The notes: generated from the sequence alone by a model not told the origin. 64,000 bases of DNA from Escherichia coli (GCF_001677475.2 NZ_CP015229.1); one strand, 5' to 3'. Numbered from the stretch's first letter, positions 1 to 19,904 are shown. Numbers and translations: made by a program.

Positions 1-1311
1 ATCGATATTCTGGTGGTGGATGATGACATTAGCCACTGCACTATTTTGCAGGCTTTACTGCGCGGCTGGGGCTATAACGTCGCGCTGGCGAACAGCGGGC
101 GACAGGCGCTGGAGCAGGTGCGGGAGCGAGTTTTTGATCTTGTGCTTTGCGATGTGCGAATGGCAGAGATGGATGGCATCGCCACGCTGAAAGAGATCAA
201 AACATTAAACCCCGCGATTCCGGTGCTGATTATGACCGCGTACTCCAGCGTCGAGACGGCGGTAGAGGCGTTGAAAACCGGGGCGCTGGATTATCTCATC
301 AAGCCGCTGGATTTCGATAACCTGCAGGCGACGCTGGAAAAGGCGCTCGCACATACGCACAGTGTTGACGCTGAAACGCCTGCGGTGTCTGCCAGCCAGT
401 TCGGTATGGTCGGTAAAAGCCCGGCGATGCAACACCTGCTCAGTGAAATCGCCCTCGTCGCGCCATCGGAAGCCACGGTGCTGATCCACGGCGATTCCGG
501 CACCGGTAAAGAGTTGGTCGCCAGGGCGATTCACGCCAGTAGCGCACGGAGTGAAAAACCACTGGTAACGCTCAACTGTGCGGCACTCAACGAATCCTTG
601 CTGGAATCTGAATTGTTCGGTCACGAAAAAGGGGCGTTTACTGGAGCTGATAAACGCCGGGAAGGGCGCTTTGTTGAGGCGGATGGCGGCACGTTGTTTC
701 TCGATGAAATTGGCGATATCTCGCCGATGATGCAGGTGCGTCTGCTACGTGCGATTCAGGAGCGCGAAGTTCAGCGTGTCGGTAGCAACCAGACTATTTC
801 GGTTGATGTCCGGCTGATTGCGGCGACTCATCGCGATCTTGCCGCAGAGGTGAATGCCGGGCGTTTTCGCCAGGATCTCTACTATCGCCTGAATGTGGTG
901 GCGATTGAAGTACCGTCGCTGCGGCAACGGCGGGAAGATATTCCTCTGCTGGCTGGTCATTTTCTTCAGCGCTTTGCCGAACGTAATCGCAAGGCGGTAA
1001 AAGGTTTTACGCCCCAGGCGATGGATCTGCTGATTCATTACGACTGGCCGGGCAATATTCGTGAGCTGGAAAATGCGGTGGAACGGGCAGTGGTGCTGCT
1101 GACCGGGGAATATATTTCCGAACGCGAGCTGCCGCTGGCGATTGCCAGTACGCCGATCCCGCTGGTACAAAGTCAGGATATTCAGCCGCTGGTGGAAGTC
1201 GAAAAAGAAGTGATTCTGGCGGCACTGGAGAAAACGGGCGGCAACAAAACCGAAGCCGCCCGTCAGTTAGGGATCACGCGCAAAACGCTATTGGCAAAAC
1301 TGTCGCGTTAG
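1..1311 (+). CDS. zraR: Sigma-54-dependent response regulator ZraR (HydG); 5' end truncated by the window edge
   Basis: ORF 13..1311 in frame from position 1; receiver domain, AAA+ sigma-54 activator motifs ([14 protein letters not shown]) and C-terminal HTH; synteny upstream of purD. Confidence 0.9.
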   Translation: MDILVVDDDISHCTILQALLRGWGYNVALANSGRQALEQVRERVFDLVLCDVRMAEMDGIATLKEIKTLNPAIPVLIMTAYSSVETAVEALKTGALDYLIKPLDFDNLQATLEKALAHTHSVDAETPAVSASQFGMVGKSPAMQHLLSEIALVAPSEATVLIHGDSGTGKELVARAIHASSARSEKPLVTLNCAALNESLLESELFGHEKGAFTGADKRREGRFVEADGGTLFLDEIGDISPMMQVRLLRAIQEREVQRVGSNQTISVDVRLIAATHRDLAAEVNAGRFRQDLYYRLNVVAIEVPSLRQRREDIPLLAGHFLQRFAERNRKAVKGFTPQAMDLLIHYDWPGNIRELENAVERAVVLLTGEYISERELPLAIASTPIPLVQSQDIQPLVEVEKEVILAALEKTGGNKTEAARQLGITRKTLLAKLSR

Positions 1312-2597
1312 TTCTGCTCGCGTTCGATAGCGCGCCAGCCGATATCTTTCCGGCAGAAGCAGTCATCCCAGTGGATATCAGTCATTAAGTCATAGGCGCG
1401 TTTCTGCGCTTCTGCCACGGTATGACCCAGCGCGGTGACGCACAGTACGCGCCCGCCGCTGGTCACCACCTGCTCGTCATCTGCCAGTTTTGTGCCCGCG
1501 TGGAACACTTTGCCGCCTTCGACTTCTTCCAGGGGCAGGCCGTGGATCACATCGCCAGTGCGATAATCGCCCGGATATCCACCCGCAGCCATCACCACGC
1601 CGAGAGAAGCGCGTTCATCCCACTCGGACGTTTTCTCGTCCAGCTTGCCTTCACAGGCCGCCAGGCAAAGCTCAACCAGATCGGACTTCATGCGCAGCAT
1701 AATCGGCTGGGTTTCCGGATCGCCAAAGCGGCAGTTAAATTCAATAACCTTCGGATTGCCCTGTTTGTCGATCATCAGGCCCGCGTAGAGAAAACCAGTG
1801 TAGGTGTTGCCTTCTGCCGCCATGCCTTTCACGGTTGGCCAGATAATTCGTTCCATCGTGCGCTGATGAACCTCATCGGTCACTACTGGCGCAGGGGAGT
1901 AAGCGCCCATCCCGCCGGTGTTCGGCCCGGTATCTTTATCGCCTACGCGTTTGTGATCCTGGCTGGTGGCCATCGGCAGCACATGCTCACCGTCCACCAT
2001 CACGATAAAGCTCGCTTCTTCGCCGTCGAGGAACTCTTCGATAACGATGCGATGCCCCGCGTCGCCAAAAGCGTTGCCCGCCAGCATATCGTGAACAGCC
2101 GCTTCCGCTTCTTCCTGCGTCATCGCCACGATAACGCCTTTCCCGGCAGCCAGACCGTCAGCTTTAATGACGATTGGCGCGCCTTTCTCACGCAGATACG
2201 CCAGCGCAGGTTCTACCTCGGTGAAGTTCTGGTATTCCGCCGTAGGGATCTGATGGCGGGCCAGGAAATCCTTGGTAAACGCTTTCGAGCCTTCCAGCTG
2301 CGCGGCACCTGCGGTTGGGCCGAAGATTTTCAGCCCGGCGGCGCGGAAGGTATCCACCACGCCTTTCACCAGTGGCGCTTCCGGGCCGACGATGGTTAGA
2401 TCGATCTTTTCGTTTTGCGCGAAATCCAGCAGCGCCGGGATATCGGTTACGCCGATAGCGACGTTTTGCAGTGCAGGCTCCAGCGCAGTGCCTGCGTTAC
2501 CCGGAGCAACAAAAACAGTTTCAACCAGCGGCGACTGGGCCGCTTTCCAGGCCAGCGCGTGCTCGCGCCCGCCGTTACCAATCACTAATACTTTCAT
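1308..2597 (-). CDS. purD: Phosphoribosylamine-glycine ligase
   Basis: 429-aa ORF recognised as PurD (ATP-grasp); overlaps zraR stop; forms purHD operon. Confidence 0.95.
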   Translation of the reverse strand: MKVLVIGNGGREHALAWKAAQSPLVETVFVAPGNAGTALEPALQNVAIGVTDIPALLDFAQNEKIDLTIVGPEAPLVKGVVDTFRAAGLKIFGPTAGAAQLEGSKAFTKDFLARHQIPTAEYQNFTEVEPALAYLREKGAPIVIKADGLAAGKGVIVAMTQEEAEAAVHDMLAGNAFGDAGHRIVIEEFLDGEEASFIVMVDGEHVLPMATSQDHKRVGDKDTGPNTGGMGAYSPAPVVTDEVHQRTMERIIWPTVKGMAAEGNTYTGFLYAGLMIDKQGNPKVIEFNCRFGDPETQPIMLRMKSDLVELCLAACEGKLDEKTSEWDERASLGVVMAAGGYPGDYRTGDVIHGLPLEEVEGGKVFHAGTKLADDEQVVTSGGRVLCVTALGHTVAEAQKRAYDLMTDIHWDDCFCRKDIGWRAIEREQN

Positions 2598-2608
2598 CTA
2601 TTGCTCCA

Positions 2609-4198
2609 TTAATGGCGGAAGTGGCGCATGTCGGTGAAGAGCATTGCAATACCGTGTTCATCGGCGGCGGCAATCACTTCGTCATCACGGATAGAACCGC
2701 CAGGCTGGATTACGCAGGTCACGCCCGCAGCGGCGGCGGCATCAATACCGTCGCGGAACGGGAAGAACGCGTCAGAAGCCATCGAGGAACCTTTCACTTC
2801 CAGACCTTCATCGGCCGCTTTAATACCGGCGATTTTCGCGGAGTACACGCGGCTCATCTGGCCCGCGCCAATGCCGATGGTCATATTGTTTTTGGCATAG
2901 ACGATGGCGTTGGATTTCACGAACTTCGCCACCTTCCAGCAGAACAGCGCATCACGCAGTTCCTGTTCGCTCGGCTGGCGTTTGGTGACGACGCGCAGTT
3001 CTTCCGCACCGACCATGCCCAGATCGCGATCCTGAACCAGCAGACCGCCGTTCACGCGTTTGAAATCAAGACCCGGAACACGCTCGCCCCACTGACTGCA
3101 GGTCAGGACGCGTACGTTCTGTTTGGTGGCGGTGATTTTCAGGGCTTCTTCGCTGGCGGACGGCGCAATAATCACTTCAACAAACTGACGAGAAATGATG
3201 GCCTGCGCGGTTTCCGCATCCAGCTCGCGGTTAAAGGCGATAATGCCGCCGAATGCGGAGGTCGGGTCGGTTTTGTACGCGCGATCGTAAGCATCAAGAA
3301 TGGAATTGCCGATAGCCACGCCGCAAGGGTTGGCGTGCTTCACAATCACACATGCCGGCTCGGCGAACTCTTTCACGCACTCCAGCGCCGCATCGGTATC
3401 GGCGATGTTGTTATAAGAGAGGGCTTTACCCTGAACCTGGATTGCGGTAGCAACGGAGGCTTCTTTCACATTCTCTTCTATATAGAAGGCAGCCTGCTGG
3501 TGGCTGTTCTCGCCGTAACGCATATCCTGCTTCTTAATGAAGTTCAGGTTCAGCGTGCGTGGGAAGCGACCGGCGGCTTCTTTGCTTTCACCGTGATAGG
3601 CTGGGACCATGCTGCCGAAGTAGTTGGCAATCATGCTGTCGTAGGCGGCGGTATGTTCAAAGGCTTTGATAGCGAGATCGAAACGGGTTGCAAGCAGAAG
3701 CGATCCTTCGTTGGCATCCATCTCTTTAATGATGGCGTCGTAGTCGCTGCTCTTCACCACGATGGCGACATCTTTATGGTTCTTGGCGGCGGAGCGCACC
3801 ATCGTTGGGCCGCCGATATCGATGTTCTCAACCGCATCTTCCAGCGAGCAACCTTCACGGGCAACGGTCTGGGCGAACGGATACAGGTTAACAACCACCA
3901 TATCGATAGGCTGGATCTGATGTTCTTCCATAATGGCATCGTCCTGGCCGCGACGGCCCAGAATGCCACCATGTACTTTCGGATGCAGGGTCTTCACGCG
4001 TCCATCCATCATCTCCGGGAAACCGGTGTAATCGGAAACTTCGGTTACCGGCAGACCTTTTTCTGCTAACAGACGGGCAGTGCCCCCTGTAGACAGCAGC
4101 TCCACACCGCGTGCGGAAAGTGCCTGGGCGAATTCGACGATACCGGCTTTGTCAGAAACACTGAGCAGAGCGCGGCGGACTGGACGACGTTGTTGCAT
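2609..4198 (-). CDS. purH: Bifunctional AICAR transformylase / IMP cyclohydrolase
   Basis: 529-aa ORF recognised as PurH; immediately upstream of purD on the same strand. Confidence 0.95.
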   Translation of the reverse strand: MQQRRPVRRALLSVSDKAGIVEFAQALSARGVELLSTGGTARLLAEKGLPVTEVSDYTGFPEMMDGRVKTLHPKVHGGILGRRGQDDAIMEEHQIQPIDMVVVNLYPFAQTVAREGCSLEDAVENIDIGGPTMVRSAAKNHKDVAIVVKSSDYDAIIKEMDANEGSLLLATRFDLAIKAFEHTAAYDSMIANYFGSMVPAYHGESKEAAGRFPRTLNLNFIKKQDMRYGENSHQQAAFYIEENVKEASVATAIQVQGKALSYNNIADTDAALECVKEFAEPACVIVKHANPCGVAIGNSILDAYDRAYKTDPTSAFGGIIAFNRELDAETAQAIISRQFVEVIIAPSASEEALKITATKQNVRVLTCSQWGERVPGLDFKRVNGGLLVQDRDLGMVGAEELRVVTKRQPSEQELRDALFCWKVAKFVKSNAIVYAKNNMTIGIGAGQMSRVYSAKIAGIKAADEGLEVKGSSMASDAFFPFRDGIDAAAAAGVTCVIQPGGSIRDDEVIAAADEHGIAMLFTDMRHFRH

Positions 4199-4306
4199 GG
4201 TAAATCCCCTGGATTTGACTATTACAGAGAGCGTTAGCTGAATTTTTCGCGAAAAACTCAGCTAACGCCCCTAACGGGGCATCCTTATTTTTCGCCCGCA
4301 TTGTAA

Positions 4307-4322
4307 CGAAAACGTTTGCGCA
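4307..4322. promoter_or_regulatory. PurR operator (PUR box) in purHD promoter region
   Basis: Near-palindrome acgaaaacgtttgcg about 110 bp upstream of the purH start, matching the PurR box consensus ACGCAAACGTTTTCGT. Confidence 0.55.
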
Positions 4323-4469
4323 ACGCTCGCGAATTTTTCTCTTTCAATGGTGATCACAATTTTGACAGTGTTTACCGTGGGAAAAATACAGAAATTACAT
4401 TGATGATTGTGGATAACTCTGTGCGTAAAAAGGTATAAAGCGGGGTTTTGCTGGGGAATGCAGCAGTCA

Positions 4470-4635
4470 GTCATTTTTCTGCAATTTTTCTATTGCGGCC
4501 TGCGGAGAACTCCCTATAATGCGCCTCCATCGACACGGCGGATGTGAATCACTTCACACAAGCAGTCGGTTCGGTTGAAGAGAAAAATCCTGAAATTCAG
4601 GGTTGACTCTGAAAGAGGAAAGCGTAATATACGCC
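4470..4635 (+). promoter_or_regulatory. rrnE tandem promoters P1 and P2 with AT-rich upstream region
   Basis: P1: -35 ttgcgg (4493-4498), 16-nt spacer, -10 tataat (4515-4520). P2: -35 ttgact (4603-4608), -10 taatat (4625-4630). AT-rich UP/Fis-type region upstream. Confidence 0.75.
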
Positions 4636-4670
4636 ACCTCGCGACAGTGAGCTGAAAGCCGCGTCGCAAC

Positions 4671-4690
4671 TGCTCTTTAACAATTTATCA
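4671..4690 (+). promoter_or_regulatory. rrn leader boxA antitermination element
   Basis: tgctctttaacaatttatca matches the rrn boxA (TGCTCTTTAACAA) in the 16S leader. Confidence 0.8.
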
Positions 4691-4814
4691 GACAATCTGT
4701 GTGGGCACTCGAAGATACGGATTCTTAACGTCGCAAGACGAAAAATGAATACCAAGTCTCAAGAGTGAACACGTAATTCATTACGAAGTTTAATTCTTTG
4801 AGCATCAAACTTTT

Positions 4815-6356
<1,542 letters not shown>

Positions 6357-6441
6357 CCTTAAAGAACTGTGCTTTGCAGTGCTCACACAGATTGTCTGAT
6401 AGAAAGTGAAAAGCAAGGCGTCTTGCGAAGCAGACTGATAC

Positions 6442-6517
6442 GTCCCCTTCGTCTAGAGGCCCAGGACACCGCCCTTTCACGGCGGTAACAGGGGTTCGAA
6501 TCCCCTAGGGGACGCCA
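6442..6517 (+). tRNA. gltV: tRNA-Glu (anticodon UUC) in the 16S-23S spacer
   Basis: gtccccttcgtctagaggcccaggacaccgccctttcacggcggtaacaggggttcgaatcccctaggggacgcca; 76 nt, cloverleaf with UUC anticodon. Confidence 0.95.
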
Positions 6518-6710
6518 CTTGCTGGTTTGTGAGTGAAAGTCACCTGCCTTAATATCTCAAAATTCATCTTCGGGTGATGTTTGAGATATTTGCTCTTTAA
6601 AAATCTGGATCAAGCTGAAAATTGAAACACTGAACAACGAAAGTTGTTCGTGAGTCTCTCAAATTTTCGCAACACGATGATGAATCGAAAGAAACATCTT
6701 CGGGTTGTGA

Positions 6711-9612
<2,902 letters not shown>

Positions 9613-9709
9613 ACAACGCCGAAGCTGTTTTGGCGGATGAGAGAAGATTTTCAGCCTGATACAGATTAAATCGACAGGTCAGAACATGACGTGTTGATAA
9701 AACAGAATT

Positions 9710-9829
9710 TGCCTGGCGGCCGTAGCGCGGTGGTCCCACCTGACCCCATGCCGAACTCAGAAGTGAAACGCCGTAGCGCCGATGGTAGTGTGGGGTCTCC
9801 CCATGCGAGAGTAGGGAACTGCCAGGCAT
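9710..9829 (+). rRNA. rrfE: 5S ribosomal RNA (rrnE operon)
   Basis: tgcctggcggccgtagcgcggtgg...gggaactgccaggcat; 120 nt. Confidence 0.97.
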
Positions 9830-9831
9830 CA

Positions 9832-9878
9832 AATAAAACGAAAGGCTCAGTCGAAAGACTGGGCCTTTCGTTTTATCT
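9832..9878 (+). terminator. rrn terminator T1
   Basis: aaaacgaaaggctcagtcgaaagactgggcctttcgttttat hairpin followed by a T-run. Confidence 0.85.
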
Positions 9879-9975
9879 GTTGTTTGTCGGTGAACGCTCT
9901 CCTGAGTAGGACAAATCCGCCGGGAGCGGATTTGAACGTTGCGAAGCAACGGCCCGGAGGGTGCCAGGCATCAAA

Positions 9976-10013
9976 TTAAGCAGAAGGCTCAGTCGGAAGA
10001 CTGGGCCTTTTTG
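9976..10013 (+). terminator. rrn terminator T2-like hairpin
   Basis: agcagaaggctcagtcggaagactgggccttttt; second hairpin plus T-run after a short 5S-3'-like fragment. Confidence 0.7.
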
Positions 10014-10030
10014 CATTGGCGCAGAAAATA

Positions 10031-10056
10031 ATGCCGGATGCGACGCTGGCGCGTCT
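10031..10056. repeat. REP (repetitive extragenic palindromic) element
   Basis: atgccggatgcgacgctggcgcgtc matches the REP consensus core GCCGGATGCG. Confidence 0.6.
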
Positions 10057-10089
10057 GCTCCAGCTTACGCAGGCACGATAGGGGGCAGC

Positions 10090-10533
10090 TTATTCCCCCA
10101 CATATGCCAGATTCAGCAATGGATACGGTTTCCCCAAATCGTCCACCTCAGAGCGTCCCGTAACCTTAAAACCCACCTTCTTATAGAACCCAACCGCCTG
10201 CTCATTTTGCTCATTAACATTGGTTGTCAGTTCCGGGGCCATTGAGAGCGCATGCTCCACCAGCATCCGACCCACGCCGCAGCCGCACACATCAGGATCG
10301 ATAAACAGCGCATCCATATGCTGCCCACTTAACAACATAAACCCAACCGGCTGATCCCGTTCATTAACCGCGACCCACAACGGTGCTTCCGGCAGAAAGG
10401 AACGCACCAGCTCTTCCAGCTCGGCCCGATACTCCGCTGATAAAAAATCGTGGGTGGCATCGACAGATCGACACCAAATCGCAACGAGTTCTTCCCCTTC
10501 CTCATGCCGCGAGCGGCGAATACTAATAACCAT
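10090..10533 (-). CDS. yjaB: GNAT family N-acetyltransferase YjaB
   Basis: 147-aa ORF recognised as YjaB; acetyl-CoA-binding motif (Q/RxxGxG/A-like: CGCGVGRMLVEHAL). Confidence 0.9.
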   Translation of the reverse strand: MVISIRRSRHEEGEELVAIWCRSVDATHDFLSAEYRAELEELVRSFLPEAPLWVAVNERDQPVGFMLLSGQHMDALFIDPDVCGCGVGRMLVEHALSMAPELTTNVNEQNEQAVGFYKKVGFKVTGRSEVDDLGKPYPLLNLAYVGE

Positions 10534-10599
10534 TTTCTCTCCTTTTCGTCATTCTTATATTCTAACGTAGCCTTTTCCTTGAAACTTTCTCACCTTCAA

Positions 10600-10665
10600 C
10601 ATGCAGGCTCGACATTGGCAAATTTTCTGGTTATCTTCAGCTATCTGGATGTCTAAACGTATAAG
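10600..10665 (+). promoter_or_regulatory. metA promoter region with MetJ-box-like repeats
   Basis: agctatctggatgtctaaacgtataagcgtat upstream of metA resembles tandem 8-bp met boxes (AGACGTCT-like); position approximate. Confidence 0.45.
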
Positions 10666-10689
10666 CGTATGTAGTGAGGTAATCAGGTT

Positions 10690-11619
10690 ATGCCGATTCG
10701 TGTGCCGGACGAGCTACCCGCCGTCAATTTCTTGCGTGAAGAAAACGTCTTTGTGATGACAACTTCTCGTGCGTCTGGTCAGGAAATTCGTCCACTTAAG
10801 GTTCTGATCCTTAACCTGATGCCGAAGAAGATTGAAACTGAAAATCAGTTTCTGCGCCTGCTTTCAAACTCACCTTTGCAGGTCGATATTCAGCTGTTGC
10901 GCATCGATTCCCGTGAATCGCGCAACACGCCCGCAGAGCATCTGAACAACTTCTACTGTAACTTTGAAGATATTCAGGAACAGAACTTTGACGGTCTGAT
11001 TGTAACCGGTGCGCCGCTGGGCCTAGTGGAGTTTAATGATGTCGCTTACTGGCCGCAGATCAAACAGGTGCTGGAGTGGTCGAAAGATCACGTCACCTCG
11101 ACGCTGTTTGTCTGCTGGGCGGTACAGGCCGCGCTCAATATCCTCTACGGCATTCCTAAGCAAACCCGCACCGACAAACTCTCTGGCGTTTACGAGCATC
11201 ATATTCTCCATCCTCATGCGCTTCTGACGCGTGGTTTCGATGATTCATTCCTGGCACCACATTCGCGCTATGCTGACTTTCCGGCAGCGTTGATTCGTGA
11301 TTACACCGATCTGGAAATTCTGGCAGAGACGGAAGAAGGGGATGCATATCTGTTTGCCAGCAAAGATAAGCGCATTGCCTTTGTGACGGGCCATCCCGAA
11401 TATGATGCGCAAACGCTGGCGCAGGAATTTTTCCGCGATGTGGAAGCCGGACTAGACCCGGATGTACCGTATAACTATTTCCCGCACAATGATCCGCAAA
11501 ATACACCGCGAGCGAGCTGGCGTAGTCACGGTAATTTGCTATTTACCAACTGGCTCAACTATTACGTCTACCAGATCACGCCATACGATCTACGGCACAT
11601 GAATCCAACGCTGGATTAA
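10690..11619 (+). CDS. metA: Homoserine O-succinyltransferase
   Basis: 309-aa ORF beginning [15 protein letters not shown], recognised as MetA. Confidence 0.95.
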
Positions 11620-11664
11620 TCTTCTGTGATAGTCGATCGTTAAGCGATTCAGCACCTTACCTCA

Positions 11665-11687
11665 GGCACCTTAGGGTGCCTTTTTTA
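11665..11687 (+). terminator. Rho-independent terminator after metA
   Basis: aggcaccttagggtgcc hairpin followed by ttttttattt. Confidence 0.7.
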
Positions 11688-11887
11688 TTTCCGAAACGCA
11701 CCTCAGCAGGTGAATAAATTTTATTCATATTGTTATCAATAAGTTATCAAGTATTTTTAATTAAAATGGAAATTGTTTTTGATTTTGATTTTTAAATGAG
11801 TAGTCTTAGTTGTGCTGAACGAAAAGCGCACAACGATCCTTCGTTCACAATGGGGAAGTTTTCGGATCCATGACGAGGAGCTGCACG

Positions 11888-13489
11888 ATGACTGAACAGG
11901 CAACAACAACCGATGAACTGGCTTTCACAAGGCCGTATGGCGAGCAGGAGAAGCAAATTCTTACTGCCGAAGCGGTAGAATTTCTGACTGAGCTGGTGAC
12001 GCATTTTACGCCACAACGCAATAAACTTCTGGCAGCGCGCATTCAGCAGCAGCAGGATATCGATAACGGAACGTTGCCTGATTTTATTTCGGAAACAGCT
12101 TCCATTCGTGATGCTGACTGGAAAATTCGCGGGATTCCTGCGGACTTAGAAGATCGTCGGGTAGAGATTACCGGCCCGGTTGAGCGCAAGATGGTGATCA
12201 ACGCGCTCAACGCCAATGTGAAAGTCTTTATGGCCGATTTCGAAGATTCACTGGCACCAGACTGGAACAAAGTGATCGACGGGCAAATTAACCTGCGCGA
12301 TGCGGTTAACGGCACCATCAGCTATACCAATGAAGCAGGCAAAATTTATCAGCTCAAGCCCAATCCAGCGGTGTTGATTTGTCGGGTACGCGGTCTGCAC
12401 TTGCCGGAAAAACATGTCACCTGGCGTGGTGAGGCAATCCCCGGTAGCCTGTTTGATTTTGCGCTCTATTTCTTCCACAACTATCAGGCACTGTTGGCAA
12501 AGGGCAGTGGTCCCTATTTCTATCTGCCGAAAACCCAGTCCTGGCAGGAAGCGGCCTGGTGGAGCGAAGTCTTCAGCTATGCAGAAGATCGCTTTAATCT
12601 GGCGCGCGGTACCATCAAGGCGACGTTGCTGATTGAAACGCTGCCCGCCGTGTTCCAGATGGATGAAATCCTTCACGCGCTGCGTGACCATATTGTTGGT
12701 CTGAACTGCGGTCGTTGGGATTATATTTTCAGCTATATCAAAACGTTGAAAAACTATCCCGATCGCGTCCTGCCAGACAGACAAGCAGTGACGATGGATA
12801 AACCCTTCCTGAATGCTTACTCACGCCTGTTGATTAAAACCTGCCATAAACGCGGTGCTTTTGCGATGGGCGGCATGGCGGCGTTTATTCCGAGCAAAGA
12901 TGAAGAGCGCAATAACCAGGTGCTCAACAAAGTAAAAGCGGATAAATCGCTGGAAGCCAATAACGGTCACGATGGCACATGGATCGCTCACCCAGGCCTT
13001 GCGGACACGGCAATGGCGGTATTCAACGACATTCTCGGCTCCCGTAAAAATCAGCTTGAAGTGATGCGCGAACAAGACGCGCCGATTACTGCCGATCAGC
13101 TGCTGGCACCTTGTGATGGTGAACGCACCGAAGAAGGTATGCGCGCCAACATTCGCGTGGCTGTGCAGTACATCGAAGCATGGATCTCCGGCAACGGCTG
13201 CGTGCCGATTTATGGCCTGATGGAAGATGCGGCGACGGCTGAAATTTCCCGTACCTCAATCTGGCAGTGGATCCATCATCAAAAAACGTTGAGCAATGGC
13301 AAACCGGTGACCAAAGCCTTGTTCCGCCAGATGCTGGGTGAAGAGATGAAAGTCATTGCCAGCGAACTGGGCGAAGAACGTTTCTCCCAGGGGCGTTTTG
13401 ACGATGCCGCACGCTTGATGGAACAGATCACCACTTCCGATGAGTTAATTGATTTCCTGACCCTGCCAGGCTACCGCCTGTTAGCGTAA
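11888..13489 (+). CDS. aceB: Malate synthase A
   Basis: ORF 11870..13489; known protein begins at the internal ATG ([13 protein letters not shown]), giving 533 aa. Confidence 0.93.
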   Translation: MTEQATTTDELAFTRPYGEQEKQILTAEAVEFLTELVTHFTPQRNKLLAARIQQQQDIDNGTLPDFISETASIRDADWKIRGIPADLEDRRVEITGPVERKMVINALNANVKVFMADFEDSLAPDWNKVIDGQINLRDAVNGTISYTNEAGKIYQLKPNPAVLICRVRGLHLPEKHVTWRGEAIPGSLFDFALYFFHNYQALLAKGSGPYFYLPKTQSWQEAAWWSEVFSYAEDRFNLARGTIKATLLIETLPAVFQMDEILHALRDHIVGLNCGRWDYIFSYIKTLKNYPDRVLPDRQAVTMDKPFLNAYSRLLIKTCHKRGAFAMGGMAAFIPSKDEERNNQVLNKVKADKSLEANNGHDGTWIAHPGLADTAMAVFNDILGSRKNQLEVMREQDAPITADQLLAPCDGERTEEGMRANIRVAVQYIEAWISGNGCVPIYGLMEDAATAEISRTSIWQWIHHQKTLSNGKPVTKALFRQMLGEEMKVIASELGEERFSQGRFDDAARLMEQITTSDELIDFLTLPGYRLLA

Positions 13490-13518
13490 ACCACCACATA
13501 ACTATGGAGCATCTGCAC

Positions 13519-14823
13519 ATGAAAAACCGTACACAACAAATTGAAGAATTACAGAAAGAGTGGACTCAACCGCGTTGGGAAGGCATTACTCGCCCATACA
13601 GCGCGGAAGATGTGGTGAAATTACGCGGTTCAGTCAATCCTGAATGCACGCTGGCGCAACTGGGCGCGGCGAAAATGTGGCGTCTGCTGCATGGCGAGTC
13701 GAAAAAAGGCTACATCAACAGCCTCGGTGCACTGACTGGCGGTCAGGCGCTGCAACAGGCGAAAGCGGGTATTGAAGCAGTCTATCTGTCGGGATGGCAG
13801 GTAGCGGCGGACGCTAACCTGGCGGCCAGCATGTATCCGGATCAGTCGCTCTATCCGGCAAACTCGGTGCCAGCTGTGGTGGAGCGGATCAACAATACTT
13901 TCCGCCGTGCGGATCAGATCCAATGGTCCGCGGGCATTGAGCCGGGCGATCCGCGCTATGTGGATTACTTCCTGCCGATCGTTGCCGATGCGGAAGCCGG
14001 TTTTGGCGGTGTCCTGAATGCCTTTGAACTGATGAAAGCGATGATTGAAGCCGGTGCAGCGGCAGTTCACTTCGAAGATCAGCTGGCGTCAGTGAAGAAA
14101 TGCGGTCACATGGGCGGCAAAGTTTTGGTGCCAACTCAAGAAGCTATTCAGAAACTGGTCGCGGCGCGTCTGGCAGCTGACGTGACGGGCGTTCCAACCA
14201 TACTGGTTGCTCGTACCGATGCCGATGCAGCGGATCTGATTACCTCCGATTGCGACCCGTATGACAGCGAATTTATTACCGGCGAGCGTACCAGTGAAGG
14301 CTTCTTCCGTACTCATGCGGGCATTGAGCAAGCGATCAGCCGTGGCCTGGCGTATGCGCCATATGCTGACCTGGTCTGGTGTGAAACCTCCACGCCAGAC
14401 CTGGAACTGGCGCGTCGCTTTGCACAAGCTATCCACGCGAAATATCCGGGCAAACTGCTGGCTTATAACTGCTCGCCGTCGTTCAACTGGCAGAAAAACC
14501 TCGACGACAAAACTATTGCCAGCTTCCAGCAGCAGCTGTCGGATATGGGCTACAAGTTCCAGTTCATCACCCTGGCAGGCATCCACAGCATGTGGTTTAA
14601 CATGTTCGACCTGGCAAATGCCTATGCCCAGGGCGAAGGCATGAAGCATTACGTTGAGAAAGTGCAGCAGCCGGAATTTGCCGCTGCGAAAGATGGCTAT
14701 ACCTTCGTATCTCACCAGCAGGAAGTGGGTACAGGTTATTTCGATAAAGTGACGACCATTATTCAGGGCGGCACGTCTTCAGTCACCGCGCTGACCGGCT
14801 CCACCGAAGAATCGCAGTTCTAA
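13519..14823 (+). CDS. aceA: Isocitrate lyase
   Basis: ORF 13504..14823; start set at internal ATG ([12 protein letters not shown]), giving 434 aa; KKCGH active-site motif. Confidence 0.93.
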   Translation: MKNRTQQIEELQKEWTQPRWEGITRPYSAEDVVKLRGSVNPECTLAQLGAAKMWRLLHGESKKGYINSLGALTGGQALQQAKAGIEAVYLSGWQVAADANLAASMYPDQSLYPANSVPAVVERINNTFRRADQIQWSAGIEPGDPRYVDYFLPIVADAEAGFGGVLNAFELMKAMIEAGAAAVHFEDQLASVKKCGHMGGKVLVPTQEAIQKLVAARLAADVTGVPTILVARTDADAADLITSDCDPYDSEFITGERTSEGFFRTHAGIEQAISRGLAYAPYADLVWCETSTPDLELARRFAQAIHAKYPGKLLAYNCSPSFNWQKNLDDKTIASFQQQLSDMGYKFQFITLAGIHSMWFNMFDLANAYAQGEGMKHYVEKVQQPEFAAAKDGYTFVSHQQEVGTGYFDKVTTIIQGGTSSVTALTGSTEESQF

Positions 14824-14862
14824 CAACCAACGCCCCTTTCCGTAAGGCGAGGGGCGAATTAA

Positions 14863-18763
<3,901 letters not shown>

Positions 18764-19079
18764 TTAAATATCTCATTGTTTATTGATGTCTTGAATTTTA
18801 ACTATCAGAACAGTGAAAAAATTTAATATGATTACAACTAAAGAAATATCATAAATCGCTCAATCTCATAATGCAGCCGTAAAAGTTTCGGTGGAATGAG
18901 ATCTTGCGATTTTGTTAATGATTAAGTGGTTTGATGTTTAAATATAATGCTGAGTTAATAAAAGTGTGTGAAGTGTATGACATTAAGTTATTTTGGCGTC
19001 AATGCGATTAACAGACACCCTTATTCTATTGCCACTCAGGTATGATGGGCAGAATATTGCCTCTGCCCGCCAGAAAAAG

Positions 19080-19904
19080 TCAGCGCATTCCACCGTACGC
19101 CAGCGTCACTTCCTTCGCCGCTTTAATCACCATCGCGCCAAACTCGGTCACGCGGTCATCGGTAATACGTGAAATCGGTCCGGAAATAGAAATTGCGGCA
19201 AACGGTTCACGGTGCTCATCGAAAATACACGCTGCAAGGCAACGTAGCCCCAGCGCATGTTCCTCATCGTCAAATGAATAACCCCGTTTGCGCGTTTGGG
19301 CGAGATCTTCTTTTAAATGCACAGGAGACACCAGCGTTGCGTGGGTATAGGCATGTAACCCTTTGCGGTGCAGCAGCTTCGTCACCTGTTCTTCGCTCAG
19401 TTGGGCTAAAAAGGCTTTACCCGCACCGGAAGCGTGCATAGGTAATTTACCGCCGATAGGCGCGGACATTCGCATCAGGTGGGTACACTGTACCTGGTCG
19501 ATAATAATCGCTTCATGATCGCTTTGATCAAGCACCGCCATATTGACCGTTTCGCCAGACTCTTCCATTAGATTGCGCAGGATAGGGTGAACAATTGCTA
19601 ACAAATTACGGCTCTGGAGAAAGCTGCTGCCGACCATAAAGGCATGTGCGCCGATTGCCCAGTGTCCCAGTTCGCCAACCTGACGCACGAAACCCTGCTG
19701 TTGCATCGTGGTTAGCAGGCGGTGGGTCGTGGAATTGGGTAACCCGGCTTGTTGCGCCAGTTCCGTGAGTGCCACACTGCCATTGGATTCGGCAATCCAC
19801 TCCAGTAATTTCAGGCCACGCGTTAAAGACTGAACCTGTCCAGTTGCTGGTGCGGTGGCAACGGCGGGTTTTCTGCCGCGTTTCGCGGGAATGGGTGCGA
19901 CCAT
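19080..19904 (-). CDS. iclR: Glyoxylate-shunt transcriptional repressor IclR
   Basis: ORF 19080..19943; known protein begins at internal ATG (MVAPIPAKRGRKPA), giving 274 aa. Confidence 0.93.
   Translation of the reverse strand: MVAPIPAKRGRKPAVATAPATGQVQSLTRGLKLLEWIAESNGSVALTELAQQAGLPNSTTHRLLTTMQQQGFVRQVGELGHWAIGAHAFMVGSSFLQSRNLLAIVHPILRNLMEESGETVNMAVLDQSDHEAIIIDQVQCTHLMRMSAPIGGKLPMHASGAGKAFLAQLSEEQVTKLLHRKGLHAYTHATLVSPVHLKEDLAQTRKRGYSFDDEEHALGLRCLAACIFDEHREPFAAISISGPISRITDDRVTEFGAMVIKAAKEVTLAYGGMR

Noticed and set aside
1422-2399. 325-aa plus-strand ORF
   Set aside because: Lies entirely antisense to purD in GC-rich coding sequence; its low-complexity Arg/Ala/His-rich translation is typical of a shadow ORF.
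2471-4069. 532-aa plus-strand ORF
   Set aside because: Antisense to purH over its whole length, with no ribosome-binding site or recognisable domain; shadow ORF.
4271-4474. 67-aa minus-strand ORF between purH and rrsE
   Set aside because: Overlaps the PurR box and the rrnE upstream AT-rich region; no ribosome-binding site; most likely promoter DNA.
9961-10015. Second gccaggcatcaaat motif resembling a 5S 3' end
   Set aside because: Only about 15 nt of 5S-like sequence followed by a terminator hairpin; it matches the layout of the T1-T2 terminator region, not a duplicated 5S gene.
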